The notes below the pieces were generated by a model, which was not told where the DNA came from, made no database searches, and saw only the letters and a program-made list of their open reading frames with translations. A program made the position numbers and the translations under genes. DNA of 64,000 nucleotides from Longimicrobiales bacterium (GTDB lineage Bacteria > Gemmatimonadota > Gemmatimonadetes > Longimicrobiales > Gaopeijiaceae): assembly GCA_965249725.1 (NCBI GenBank), contig CBDFMQ010000002.1, positions 960,001-1,024,000 on the forward strand, given 5' to 3'. Below are positions 29,548 through 39,888 of this stretch, one piece after another (the stretch's first letter is position 1; each line of letters begins with the position of its first letter).

Positions 29548-30933
29548 CTAGCCGACGACCTCGTAGCTGTAGCCCATCACCGCACGCTCCGTGTCGATCA
29601 CGACCTGGAACTGCTGAGCCACATCCACCGGCGGCACCGGAACGGCAACTTCCTTAGATCCTAACTCGGTCCCACCGTCATCATAGAAGTGGAAGAGTAG
29701 CGTAACAGACCCTCCCTCTTCGAGCAGCTTGTTGGTCACGGTGCCCAAGACCCGGCCTCCGTCACCTCTCGGCTGAAGCTGGAGATCGTCCACCAGGAAG
29801 TCCATCGACTGCATTGCCGCGAGGATCGGCCCCACTTCATCGCTACGTCCCAACTGGGAGAGAGCTCTGAGGTGCATCTGATAGGCCAAGTAGTTGCGCC
29901 CGTCCATGTCCATCAGCTTCTGCGAGTAAGGGAGCTGGCCCTCATAGTTCTCCGTGAGAGCCATGGTCTGCACGAGGTTCTGAAGAGCGTCCCTGTACAT
30001 CGGCGCCCGCTCGAGCACCTTCTCGAACGCTAGGGTGGCCCGATCGTAGGCCTCGGCTCCGTAGAGCGTCACGCCGGCGTTGAAATAGTCGAGGGCGGAC
30101 GCATCGTTGCTCTCGAGGATCTCGTCGTAGATGCCCAGAGCATCCTCGGCCTGACCCGACTGCCCAAGGGCGATCGCCAGGCCGCTTCGCGCCCGGTCGT
30201 TGTCGGGATCCTGCTCGAGGATCTGCCGGTAGATCTCCACAGCCTCGTCTGCGCGATCGGACGAGCCTAGGATCTGAGCCAGGTTGGCCAGGGCCATGGG
30301 CCGGAAGTCGTCCATCCAGTTCTGACGAGTAACTTCGTCTCTCGGCCTCGAGTCGGGAGAGTCGATCACGGCGATCGCAGCCTGCCAGGCATCGATGCTC
30401 GCATCGGGCTGGCCCGAGTTCGCATAGGTGGCCCCGAGATTGAGATAGGCCTCCGGGCGCCTGTCGAACATCACGTTGGCGAGCCCGAACTGCTCTAGAG
30501 CGCCGTCGGTGTCTCCCGCGTCGAGTGCCGCGATGCCTTCGTTGTAGAGGTCGATCCAACCGTTCTCTCGGAAGACCCCGGTCCCGCCTTCACCGTCGAA
30601 ATAGTCGGGATAGAGGGCCTCGGCCTGGTCGAACGCACTGTCGGCCGCCATGTACTCTCTCAGCCCTAGTCTTGTGACACCGAGATGCAGATATCCGGTG
30701 GGATTCTCGGGGTCCCTCTGGATAGCCTCGTATACGTCCTCGAGGGCGTCTCTGTAGCTTTCGTCCGCCAGTAGCTGGTCCTCGAGCCCCTGAGCCTGCT
30801 GCAGCTTGATGGCGACCAATGCGTTCCGGCTTTCCATGCGAGGCTCGTTCGCCGCGGGTTCTTGAGCCGAGGCCGAGGTCGGCGCCAGGAGGGCCGTGAT
30901 CGCAACTAGGGATAATGCCGCACGGAGGTACAT
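29548..30933 (-). CDS. Exported TPR-repeat protein
   Basis: Signal peptide ASA, multiple TPR motifs, beta-rich C-terminus. Confidence 0.85.
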   Translation of the reverse strand: MYLRAALSLVAITALLAPTSASAQEPAANEPRMESRNALVAIKLQQAQGLEDQLLADESYRDALEDVYEAIQRDPENPTGYLHLGVTRLGLREYMAADSAFDQAEALYPDYFDGEGGTGVFRENGWIDLYNEGIAALDAGDTDGALEQFGLANVMFDRRPEAYLNLGATYANSGQPDASIDAWQAAIAVIDSPDSRPRDEVTRQNWMDDFRPMALANLAQILGSSDRADEAVEIYRQILEQDPDNDRARSGLAIALGQSGQAEDALGIYDEILESNDASALDYFNAGVTLYGAEAYDRATLAFEKVLERAPMYRDALQNLVQTMALTENYEGQLPYSQKLMDMDGRNYLAYQMHLRALSQLGRSDEVGPILAAMQSMDFLVDDLQLQPRGDGGRVLGTVTNKLLEEGGSVTLLFHFYDDGGTELGSKEVAVPVPPVDVAQQFQVVIDTERAVMGYSYEVVG

Positions 30934-31067
30934 CCGATGTCTCCTGATAGAACGAATCGTGTATAGACCGCGTAATTTAGAACTGCCGCGAAAAAGCGGC
31001 AATCCGCCCCGCCAATTTCCATGAGTTATACTGCAGGATTCCCTGTGTGTTTCACGCGAGAACTCTC

Positions 31068-32885
31068 TCATTGCCCCAGGTACGTGAGCACGCGCGTCGC
31101 AAGAGTGTCGCTGAACCCCGGGAGTCGGGCGATTTCGTCGGCGCTTGCCGACTTGACTCCTTTGACGGAGCCGAACCGGGTCAGGAGCAGCTTTTTCCTC
31201 TCCGGGCCGATGCCGGGAATCCGTGAGAGATCGCTCCGGACGGTTCTCTTCCGGCGAAGCTTGCGATTGTACGTCACCGCGAACCGGTGGGCTTCATCTC
31301 GGATCCGCTGAAGCACATGCAACGCCTTGTCCCGCCGCCCGAGTCGGAAAGGCTCGCTTCGCCCCGGCCGATAGACGAGTTCTTCCTTCTTGGCGAGCGA
31401 GGCCAGAGCGACATCGGTCACCCCCAGCTCGGCCAGTGCGTGCTGCGCGGCCCCCAACTGCCCCTTCCCTCCGTCGATCAGGGCCAGGTCCGGAAGCGGT
31501 CGGCCCTCCTCCACCCGACGGCGGAAGTAGCGACTGACCACCTCCGCCATCGACCGATAATCGTCGTTTCCCCAGTCCCCCTTGATCCTCATGTGCCGGT
31601 ATTCGGCCTTCTTGGGCTCGGCATTCTCGAACACTGCGGCGCCCCCCACCGTCTCCGTGCCCTGCGTGTGGCTGATGTCGAAGCACACCATGAGGCGAGG
31701 CACGACCTTGAGATCGAGACGGTCGCGAAGGTCGTAGAGGACCTCGTCGGCCCGATCCTGCACCCGCTCCGTTGATGTGAGCCGATCTTCCAGGGCGTGG
31801 CGAGCGTTGTCACTCGCGAGCTCGGACAGGCGCTTCTTGGCTCCGCGCTGCGGGACGAGAAGCGTCACCTTCCGATCGGCCTCGTCCAGGAGGATCTCCT
31901 CCAGGAGCGCCATGTCGTCGAACTCGGACGGAATCAGGATCTCCTTGGGGAGCTGCTGGGCCCCCGTCGTGCCCCGACCGAGGTAGTAGCGAGACGCAAA
32001 CGTGGTGAGGAGGGATGCATCGCTCTCCTCCGTGATCTCGGAGAAGCGAAGCGTGTCACGGCCCAGGAGCACGCCCCGCCGGATCCGCATCACGACCGCG
32101 GCAGCGAGTTCTCCGTCTCTGGCCAGACCGACCACGTCGTAGTCACCACCCCGGAGCTTCTCGACTCGCTGCTGGCGGGCCAAGGAATCCAATGCGGAGA
32201 CGGCATCACGCAGGCGCCCCGCACGCTCGAACTCCAACTCGACCGAAGCCTCCCGCATCCGTTCTTCCACCCGCTGCCGCACATCCTCGGTCTCGCCGTC
32301 CAACACCTTGAGGATCTCGTCGATCATCGCCCCGTAGGAGGCCTGATCCTGATAACCCACGCATGGGGCCAGACACCGTCCGATGTGATAGTCCAGACAT
32401 GGCCTCTCTGGCGCCTCGCGGGGCAGGTCGTACCGACAGGAGCGCACCGTGTAGAGTCGTTTGATGATCTCCAGCGCATCGCGCATGGACCCGACGGAGG
32501 TGTACGGCCCGAAGTATCGGGAGCCGTCGTCGTTCAGCTTGCGCGTTACGAAGACGCGCGGAAACGGCTCCCGGGTGGTCACCTTGATATACGGATACCG
32601 CTTGTCGTCACGGAGCTGGATGTTGAAGCGTGGCCGATGCTCCTTGATGAGATTGGCCTCGAGGATGAGTGCCTCGGCTTCCGAGCCGACGACGATCGTC
32701 TCGACGTCCTCCACATGCCGCACCAACTCCTGCGTCTTCAAGGACTTGCCGGAGCCCCGGAAATAGCTTCTGACGCGCGATCTGAGGGACTTCGCCTTGC
32801 CGACGTAGATGATCTCGCCTGATGCGTCCCTGAAGAGGTAGACGCCGGGACGGGTCGGAAGCCCTCTGAGCTGATCTTTGATCAC
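31068..32885 (-). CDS. uvrC: Excinuclease ABC subunit C
   Basis: GVY...IIYVGKAK GIY-YIG, FDISH, IDGGKGQL, RDEAHRFA, HhH. Confidence 0.98.
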   Translation of the reverse strand: MIKDQLRGLPTRPGVYLFRDASGEIIYVGKAKSLRSRVRSYFRGSGKSLKTQELVRHVEDVETIVVGSEAEALILEANLIKEHRPRFNIQLRDDKRYPYIKVTTREPFPRVFVTRKLNDDGSRYFGPYTSVGSMRDALEIIKRLYTVRSCRYDLPREAPERPCLDYHIGRCLAPCVGYQDQASYGAMIDEILKVLDGETEDVRQRVEERMREASVELEFERAGRLRDAVSALDSLARQQRVEKLRGGDYDVVGLARDGELAAAVVMRIRRGVLLGRDTLRFSEITEESDASLLTTFASRYYLGRGTTGAQQLPKEILIPSEFDDMALLEEILLDEADRKVTLLVPQRGAKKRLSELASDNARHALEDRLTSTERVQDRADEVLYDLRDRLDLKVVPRLMVCFDISHTQGTETVGGAAVFENAEPKKAEYRHMRIKGDWGNDDYRSMAEVVSRYFRRRVEEGRPLPDLALIDGGKGQLGAAQHALAELGVTDVALASLAKKEELVYRPGRSEPFRLGRRDKALHVLQRIRDEAHRFAVTYNRKLRRKRTVRSDLSRIPGIGPERKKLLLTRFGSVKGVKSASADEIARLPGFSDTLATRVLTYLGQ

Positions 32886-32907
32886 GGACCGTTCCCATGG
32901 AGCAGGT

Positions 32908-34557
32908 TCACTGGGACCCGCGGTCGCCTCGCAGCAGTTCCCGCAAAGGAGCCCCTACTCCGAGACGCTCACTAGCCACCAGATAGGTTACACCGAACAC
33001 CAGCGCGGTGGCCAAAGCGAGGGCGGGCTGTAGAAGCCAGGGGGCGGAGTCACCAAGCAGTCCCGTCAACAGCCCGTCCCGCCGAGGCACCGTGGACCCC
33101 AGCACCCACTTGGCCAGCACACCGGCCAGAGCCGCAACCGTGCCTGCGACCAGCAGACGCGACCGCACACCGGAGGCCGGTCCGTGAGCGCCCAGAGCGC
33201 GACCCAGCCGTCTGCGCAGCATCGCGTACTCCAGCCATGCGGCCACGGAGGCTCCCAGAGCCAACCCCACCGCCCCGTAGCGGAGCGCTCCCGATCCGAA
33301 GCGGTCGAGCGGAAACATCAGGGACACACCGATCACGAGAGACACCACCACCCTCAGGTAGGCCATGCGGGCCGGCGTGCGGGTATCGCGCAGCGCATAG
33401 AAGGCCGTGGAGAGAACTCTAGACCCCGAGGACGCGAGCAGACCCAACGCATAGGCGGCCAGGACGGCGTGCACGACCGGTGTATCCGTGGCGAGGAAGC
33501 TCCCCCGCTGATAGATGCCCCCGATGAATAGATCGCCCAACAGCACGAAGGCCAATGTGGACGGGATCAGGAGGAAGTGGATGCGCTCGAGTGCCTTCGA
33601 GACCTGGGCCGCCAGTTCCTCGGGCGGTCGGGCCCGCTGCCGGGAGAGTTCGGGCAGCTCGGATGCGGCGATGGACATAGCGAACAGTGAGATCGGCAGG
33701 ACGTAGAGCGTCTGTGCGTAGCCCAGGGCAGCGACGGCTCCCTCGACCAGCAGCGCAGCGAGGAACACGTCGAGAAGACTCCCGATGTTCACCACTCCCC
33801 GCGCAGCCACCACCGGTACGAAATTGCGAACGGCCTCCGCGACACCCGATGCCGTGCGGTTCAACGACAGCCGGAAGTGTGACAATAGAGGGATCACGAA
33901 AGGAAGCTGTACGGCCAACTGCAGGATTCCCCCGGCGAAAGCTCCCCAGGCCACGGCCACCAGGAGCGCCCGATCCGTCCAGCCCATCCCGAAGCCCAAC
34001 CCGACGATGGTGATGAGAATGGCCCCATTCCACGCGACCGGCGCCACGTAAGACACGAAGAACCGTCGGTGGCTGTTGAGGATGGCGAGCGCCCATGCCG
34101 AAATCACGAGCACCGCAGTCATCGGAAAGAGGATCTGCACCATGGTGATGGTCAGGGCCAGCTTCTCGGGGTCCCAGCGGAAGAAGAAGACCGGAACCAG
34201 GACCGGTGCCAGAACGACCCCCAACAGCGCTGCACCGCCGGCCACCACCATTAGAATGCCGAGGACCGCTCCCGCGAAACGGCCCGAATCCTCTTCTCTG
34301 CCCTCTTCCAGGAACTCCGCGTAGACGGGGATGACCGAGGCGCTCAAGGTCCCTTCCCCCAACAGATTCTGGATGACGTTGGGCGCCTTCAGAGAGACCC
34401 GCCAGACGTCGGCCAGCCCCGTGTTGCCGAAGAAGTACGCGAAGATCACATCGCGCACGAACCCACTGATCCGACTGAAAAAAATGCCCGCACCGACCAT
34501 GAAGGCGGCACGGGGACGTCGGCCCGAAGTGGGGTCGGGGCTACGCGTCTTGGTCAC
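32908..34557 (-). CDS. murJ: Lipid II flippase MurJ
   Basis: SRISGFVRD, LLGEGTLSAS, FYALRDTRTP; many TM helices. Confidence 0.93.
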   Translation of the reverse strand: MTKTRSPDPTSGRRPRAAFMVGAGIFFSRISGFVRDVIFAYFFGNTGLADVWRVSLKAPNVIQNLLGEGTLSASVIPVYAEFLEEGREEDSGRFAGAVLGILMVVAGGAALLGVVLAPVLVPVFFFRWDPEKLALTITMVQILFPMTAVLVISAWALAILNSHRRFFVSYVAPVAWNGAILITIVGLGFGMGWTDRALLVAVAWGAFAGGILQLAVQLPFVIPLLSHFRLSLNRTASGVAEAVRNFVPVVAARGVVNIGSLLDVFLAALLVEGAVAALGYAQTLYVLPISLFAMSIAASELPELSRQRARPPEELAAQVSKALERIHFLLIPSTLAFVLLGDLFIGGIYQRGSFLATDTPVVHAVLAAYALGLLASSGSRVLSTAFYALRDTRTPARMAYLRVVVSLVIGVSLMFPLDRFGSGALRYGAVGLALGASVAAWLEYAMLRRRLGRALGAHGPASGVRSRLLVAGTVAALAGVLAKWVLGSTVPRRDGLLTGLLGDSAPWLLQPALALATALVFGVTYLVASERLGVGAPLRELLRGDRGSQ

Positions 34558-34819
34558 CGGGCGGAAGCGCTTCGGAGGTTGGTCGCTCCGTGAGCAGCTT
34601 GTTCAGGAACTGGCTCTCTTCTTCGAGGCGACGCACCTCGGAGGTCAGCCGCTCGAACTCCCCCTCCAGATAGGAGAGCCGCTCCGCTGTCACCTCATCC
34701 GTACCAGAGCCCAGGCTGCGCCGCTCGAGGCGTCCCGCGATAGCCCGTCCTACCGGCGAATCCAAAACGATCGCCAGAATGGGAATCAACAGAACCAGGA
34801 CAAAAATGAGTTGAAACAT
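34541..34819 (-). CDS. Hypothetical protein, TM helix plus coiled coil
   Basis: 92-aa ORF in operon. Confidence 0.7.
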   Translation of the reverse strand: MFQLIFVLVLLIPILAIVLDSPVGRAIAGRLERRSLGSGTDEVTAERLSYLEGEFERLTSEVRRLEEESQFLNKLLTERPTSEALPPGDQDA

Positions 34820-34830
34820 GATCTCTGAAA

Positions 34831-36486
34831 CTATCCCGTCCCATCGGTCAAATCTACCTCGAAGCCATCTACCAAGGCGTCGATGAATCCGTTCCCGTAG
34901 CGGGTCAGATAGTACAGCGGATTCAGGACCCTCTCCTGCGGTTTGCCATCCGGAAAGAGGTGCAGGTGGGCCTTTTTGAGCTGTGCCAGGCCGATTTCGT
35001 TCTCGCGCTTCACACTCTGCACGATCTTGCGTTCAACGTCCTGGAAGGCGGAAAGTGCGGTGTTCCTGGCGTGGGTGACCGGACCCTTGAGCGTGGGATC
35101 GATGTTCCGGGCCGCCTTCATGAGCTCTCCGGAACCTTCCGAAACGGACCCCCTCAGCTCTCCAAGGGCGCGGCGTACATCCCCGGGCACCTCCTCGCGG
35201 GCGATATCGGAGGCGATTTCATGATACGGACGCCTGAGGTCGTCCGGCTCCAGGTCGAATTTGTCGAGGACCTTCCGGATCTTCGCTTCGACGACCGTCA
35301 CGGCATGCCTCGGAAAGAGTACCGGCATTCTCATGTCGTGAGCCTCGTAGAGGCGCTTCAGTTGCCCGTAGTACGCCAATTCTCCAGGCCCGGCCACATA
35401 GCTGACGACAGGAAACACCGTGCTCTCGACTAACGGGCGGAACAACACGTTGGGGCTCAAGGCGAGAGGATCTGCTTCGACGCGGGCCCTGATCTCATCC
35501 GACGTCACGGTCTCGCCGGAGCGATGCAGCTCGAAGCCTTCTGGATGCCGGTACAGCCGCTCCCGACCCTCGGGGCCCTCGAGAAAGAGGTTCACGCCAC
35601 CCTCGAGAATCGGCGCCTGGACCCCATGGCCAGCATTCTGGAGCTTCTCGGCGTCCTCTCGGAGGATCTCTTCGTGGGCCTCGGCGTTCTCGAGTTCCGC
35701 GAAGAGTACGTCGTGCGAAGCGGCCTTCAGAGAAGGGTTCGCCGCGTCCGCGAAGAGAACACCGAGCGGTTCAAAGAAGTTTGCAAGGACCGCTCGAAAG
35801 CCGTCCGCCAGCGTCGCACCGGGCTTATATGCATCTCGAACCAACTCGATGTAGGACCCGCTAAACTCTGAATTGGGAAGGAGTTCCGACACCTCAGCAA
35901 CCAAGCTTTTCACCTCGGCCCCAAGGGGCACGCGGTGGATGGCACGATTGGCCGATCCGGGGTCGGGCGCTCGCACACGCTTCAGTTGGTTGGATCCGTC
36001 GATCAGGAAAGTGTGATCCGATTCCTCCCAATCGTGGTCCTCCGAAGCGATCCAGAACACCGGCAGAATCGGTCGATCGAGGAGCGCCTCGAGGCGTTTC
36101 GCCAATCGAACGGTGGTGAGCCCTTTGTACAGAGAGTACAGAGGTCCTCCCATGAGCCCCGGCTGCTGACCCGTGGTGACCATGAGGCCTGAACCCTCTA
36201 CCCAACGGTCCAGCCGTTCCTGACCCACGCCACATCGGGTCTCCATCGCCTCGAGGGCCCGACACCTCGCGTCCTCGTCGAAGCGCCGATCGATGCTCTC
36301 GAGCATCGCCTTGTACGAGGCGGGGTCCTGCCAGGGGCCGTTGAAGTACTCCGAGGCTGCCGGATCACCCTCGATGTATGCGTTCACGAAGGGAGAGCCA
36401 GCAGGCCTCCTTATCAGTAGCTCGAGATTCAGGCTGCCCTCCGGGTCGGAATAGTCCGACAGAAGACCATCATCGGGGTCCATCAC
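34831..36486 (-). CDS. bshC: Bacillithiol biosynthesis protein BshC
   Basis: VTTGQQPGLMGGPLY, FWIASEDHD, SPNVLFRP, GPGELAY, PQER. Confidence 0.93.
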   Translation of the reverse strand: MMDPDDGLLSDYSDPEGSLNLELLIRRPAGSPFVNAYIEGDPAASEYFNGPWQDPASYKAMLESIDRRFDEDARCRALEAMETRCGVGQERLDRWVEGSGLMVTTGQQPGLMGGPLYSLYKGLTTVRLAKRLEALLDRPILPVFWIASEDHDWEESDHTFLIDGSNQLKRVRAPDPGSANRAIHRVPLGAEVKSLVAEVSELLPNSEFSGSYIELVRDAYKPGATLADGFRAVLANFFEPLGVLFADAANPSLKAASHDVLFAELENAEAHEEILREDAEKLQNAGHGVQAPILEGGVNLFLEGPEGRERLYRHPEGFELHRSGETVTSDEIRARVEADPLALSPNVLFRPLVESTVFPVVSYVAGPGELAYYGQLKRLYEAHDMRMPVLFPRHAVTVVEAKIRKVLDKFDLEPDDLRRPYHEIASDIAREEVPGDVRRALGELRGSVSEGSGELMKAARNIDPTLKGPVTHARNTALSAFQDVERKIVQSVKRENEIGLAQLKKAHLHLFPDGKPQERVLNPLYYLTRYGNGFIDALVDGFEVDLTDGTG

Positions 36487-36968
36487 GATCGTGCGCCCCC
36501 CTTATGGTATGGCTCGTTTCTCAGAATTGTCCCGGCGCGGTACAGCTGCTCTGCCAACACCAGGCGTGCAAGCTCATGCGGAAGAGTGCCCGCCGAAAGG
36601 GCCAAGGTCCGATTCGCACGCTTCAGCACGCTCGCACCGAGCCCGAAGGCACCGCCCACGACGAAGGTCACCTCAGGAACCGAGCGTAGGGCCAAGTTTT
36701 CGAGATACCGGGCGAACTCCACCGAGTCCATCGCGTTTCCAGTGCGGCTCAGGGCTATGACCTCGGCCCGATCGCCCACCTGCTTCAAGATCGACTCTTC
36801 CTCTGTCTTCACGGCCCGCTGTGCGTCCCCCTTCCCCTTCCCGCCCGTACCGGAAGGCAGTTCGATCACGCGCAGCTTCCAATACCGCTCGGCCCGGCCC
36901 TCATACTCCTCGATCGCAGCCTTCAGGCTGGACCCGGCTCGCCCAATCACGACGACGGTGATCGTCAT
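36483..36968 (-). CDS. rlmH: 23S rRNA pseudouridine1915 methyltransferase
   Basis: VGGAFG, TLPHELARLVLAEQLYRA...PYHK. Confidence 0.95.
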   Translation of the reverse strand: MTITVVVIGRAGSSLKAAIEEYEGRAERYWKLRVIELPSGTGGKGKGDAQRAVKTEEESILKQVGDRAEVIALSRTGNAMDSVEFARYLENLALRSVPEVTFVVGGAFGLGASVLKRANRTLALSAGTLPHELARLVLAEQLYRAGTILRNEPYHKGGARS

Positions 36969-37969
36969 CTACCCTCCAACGCTTGCCCAACGAGGGCCAT
37001 CACCTCATCAAGGCCGGACTCCCAGCTCACGCGCAAACCTAACACGTAAGTCGTCGGGAGCAGGCTCGAGAACTCCCTCAGCTTGACCGCGTCCTTTTGC
37101 GTGACCACGAGAGGGCGTCCATTCGCTTCCTTCACGATCCTCTGCACGTCGCCCCGGCGGAAATCATGGTGGTCCGGAAACGCGAGTATGCTTACGGACG
37201 CACGGGTCTCCTCCTCTACCATTCTTCCAAACAGCTCGGGCTCAGCCACACCCGTCACGGCGAGGAACGCGTCGCCCTGCGGCGCTGATCTATGTGCCCC
37301 GGCGAGATCGGTCCATTCCGCCGCCTCGAACGCCACGTGGCCCCGGACTGCTACGACTCCCATCTCCTCGGCCACCCGATCGGCCTGTGCGCGGCTGGCT
37401 ACCTTCCGCGTCACCACTACAACGTCGGCGCGGTTGAGTGAACCAACCCCCTCCCTGAGGCGTCCCCTCGGCAGGAGCGCTCGGCGTGTGCCGTGTTCCG
37501 CAGCGACCAGCACGATGTCGACGTCCCGTCCGATGGCACGATGCTGGAACCCATCGTCGAGCACGGCCACATCGGCACCCCGCTCCGCCGCGAGGGCGAC
37601 CCCCCTGAACCGGTGGGCGTCGACGACCACGATCGCGTCGGGGTTCCAGGCCTGATGCAACTGCACCTCATCCGATCCATAGCCCCGGGTGACGAGGGCG
37701 GGACGCCTCCCCATCTCGGCAAGACGGGCGACCAGCCAACCTGAGAAAGGGGTCTTTCCCGTGCCTCCAACGGCCAGGTTCCCTACGGAGAGCACCGGGA
37801 TCGACGGTTGGTTCGTCGGTAGGATTCCGAGGCGGTACCCCTGGTTCCTCAGGCCGATCACCACGCGATAGAGCAGCTCCAGGGGAAACAGCACCGCGCC
37901 GCCGATCAGACCCGGCAACCCGGCTTCTCCGCTCCACAGCCGCCGCAGCCAGGTGCGCAGGCTCCTCAT
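36965..37969 (-). CDS. lpxK: Tetraacyldisaccharide 4'-kinase
   Basis: SVGNLAVGGTGKTP, LDDGFQH, FPDHH, TQKDAVK. Confidence 0.95.
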   Translation of the reverse strand: MRSLRTWLRRLWSGEAGLPGLIGGAVLFPLELLYRVVIGLRNQGYRLGILPTNQPSIPVLSVGNLAVGGTGKTPFSGWLVARLAEMGRRPALVTRGYGSDEVQLHQAWNPDAIVVVDAHRFRGVALAAERGADVAVLDDGFQHRAIGRDVDIVLVAAEHGTRRALLPRGRLREGVGSLNRADVVVVTRKVASRAQADRVAEEMGVVAVRGHVAFEAAEWTDLAGAHRSAPQGDAFLAVTGVAEPELFGRMVEEETRASVSILAFPDHHDFRRGDVQRIVKEANGRPLVVTQKDAVKLREFSSLLPTTYVLGLRVSWESGLDEVMALVGQALEGR

Positions 37970-38619
37970 ACCCGGTCACCGACCCGCACCGAGAGATCCG
38001 CGAGGGTCTGCGTCAGACTCCGGATGACGTCCTCGACCTCTTGATCACCGGCGTCGCGGCCGATGATACAAGGGGCACCGTACGCTACCCGGACCGTGGA
38101 AAACGGTCGCGGAATCAGAAACCGGTCCCAACTGTCGGCCCGCCAACCCGCGCTGGCACCCACACCGATCGGAATGAGCGGGAGGCCCGTCATGCGAGCG
38201 ACCGTGATGGCGCCGGGCTTGAACTCACGATTCGGGCCCCGGGGTCCGTCGGGGGTCACCGCCAGGTCATGACCACTCCGGGCCGCTCGGATGAGCCCCT
38301 TCAGGCCGCGCACTCCGCCTCGAGTGCTCGATCCGCGCACGGTTCCGAAGCCGAAACGCTCGAGGATCCGTGTGATGTATTCGCCATCACCGTGCTCGCT
38401 GACGAGGACCACGGCCCGCTGTCGCCGGTGGACGTGGACCAACGGAAGAAGACGCCCGTGCCAGAAAACGAAGATCACCGGCGTCCCGGCATCCCGGAAC
38501 GGCTTCAGATGCTCTTCTCCCATGGTCTGGAGCCGAACGGTCAGGAACAGTGACCCCACCAATCCCTGGCCCAATACGCCGGCCGCGGAGTACCGAAGTC
38601 CCGAATTGTCATAGCTCAC
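37966..38619 (-). CDS. DUF374 acyltransferase (LpxJ-like)
   Basis: FWHGR, VSEHGDGE, VRGSSTRGG, TPDGPRGP, SWDRF.IP.PFS. Confidence 0.85.
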   Translation of the reverse strand: MSYDNSGLRYSAAGVLGQGLVGSLFLTVRLQTMGEEHLKPFRDAGTPVIFVFWHGRLLPLVHVHRRQRAVVLVSEHGDGEYITRILERFGFGTVRGSSTRGGVRGLKGLIRAARSGHDLAVTPDGPRGPNREFKPGAITVARMTGLPLIPIGVGASAGWRADSWDRFLIPRPFSTVRVAYGAPCIIGRDAGDQEVEDVIRSLTQTLADLSVRVGDRV

Positions 38620-39767
38620 GTGCCCATCACGATCTGCCCGGCCAGATCCGCCACACGTCGGGCCGCGCCGGGTTCGCCCAGCGCTCCACGAATGCGGCCG
38701 AGGCCCTGCACCATCCGCTCTCGCTCGCCGGAGTTCAGATCGAGCAGGGGACGAAGCAAGGAGGCGAGGTGATCCGGCGTGGCTTCCCCTTGCAGTACCT
38801 CCGGAACGACGTCCTCTCCCGCTACGAGGTTGGCCAATGCAACCCGGTCGACCCGGACCAAGCGACGGGCGAGCCAATACGTGAGCGGGTGCGTCCGGTA
38901 CACCGTAACGAAAGGAGTGCCCCGGAGTGCCGCCTCGAGCGTGGTCGTCCCCGACTTCACCAAGGCGGCCCGGGAGTGGGTCAAGAGACTGCGGGCGTCG
39001 TCCACCACGGTAAGGTCGGAGTCACCGAACCCAGAGACGGGAATGGACGACGCCTTCGCCCAGACCAACTGCAACTCCGGCGTCGTCTCCTGCGATCGTC
39101 TGCCTGTAGCGAGGAAGAGGTCACGATGCCGCCGGAGCTCCTGTGTACGGGACCCCGGGAAGAGGGCCACGATGGGCTGGTCGGGGTCCAGTTTCCACCG
39201 CTCACAGAATTCCCGCCGGTCCGGCTGCGGTACGCCTTCCTCCAGCAGAGGATGACCCACGAACGTGACGCGGGCTCCCGCTGCTTCGAAGACCTCGACC
39301 TCGAACGGGAGGATCACGGCCAACCGGTCACAGTCCTCCGCGAGGCGCCGGGCTCGGCCGGGCTTCCATGCCCATACCTGCGGTGCGATGTAGTAGAGAA
39401 CCGGGATGTTGCGGCGCCGTGCTTCCTTGGCGATCCGGAGGTTGAACCCCGGGTAGTCGATGGGTAGAACGAGATCGACGTCACCACGATCCAGAAGGGC
39501 CAGAACCCGACGTTCCAATCGGTAGAAAAAGGGTAGGTGCGTAAGGACTTCTGCGAACCCCATCACTGCGAGGCGATCAAGACCCTCCAGCACCTCGACG
39601 CCCTCGGCCCGCATGGCGTCGCCTCCCAGACCCAGCAGGCGGCACCCAGGCCACCGGGCCTTCAGCTCCCGAGCGACTCCCGCTCCGTGCTGGTCACCCG
39701 AGGCCTCCCCGGCGAGCATGAGAATCGTGGGCGTTGCGTTACCCACGGAGCCCTCAGAATCCGACAC
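38616..39767 (-). CDS. lpxB: Lipid-A-disaccharide synthase
   Basis: AGEASGD, IDYPGFN, YYIAPQVWAW, PGSR, SGTTTLE. Confidence 0.96.
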   Translation of the reverse strand: MSDSEGSVGNATPTILMLAGEASGDQHGAGVARELKARWPGCRLLGLGGDAMRAEGVEVLEGLDRLAVMGFAEVLTHLPFFYRLERRVLALLDRGDVDLVLPIDYPGFNLRIAKEARRRNIPVLYYIAPQVWAWKPGRARRLAEDCDRLAVILPFEVEVFEAAGARVTFVGHPLLEEGVPQPDRREFCERWKLDPDQPIVALFPGSRTQELRRHRDLFLATGRRSQETTPELQLVWAKASSIPVSGFGDSDLTVVDDARSLLTHSRAALVKSGTTTLEAALRGTPFVTVYRTHPLTYWLARRLVRVDRVALANLVAGEDVVPEVLQGEATPDHLASLLRPLLDLNSGERERMVQGLGRIRGALGEPGAARRVADLAGQIVMGT

Positions 39768-39888
39768 CCAAGTACCAGATTACAATGAGGAGGACGACCA
39801 ACAGGAAGACGAGCTGTTTCGGCGGCAGCCCCTTCTTCTTGTCGATCCAGTTTTTCTTCCGGTCACGCCTTACGCGTATCAGCGACAT
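39754..39888 (-). CDS. Putative 44-aa single-pass membrane protein
   Basis: MSLIRVRRDRKKNWIDKKKGLPPKQLVFLLVVLLIVIWYLGVGF fills the gap between the oxidoreductase and lpxB. Confidence 0.6.
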   Translation of the reverse strand: MSLIRVRRDRKKNWIDKKKGLPPKQLVFLLVVLLIVIWYLGVGF

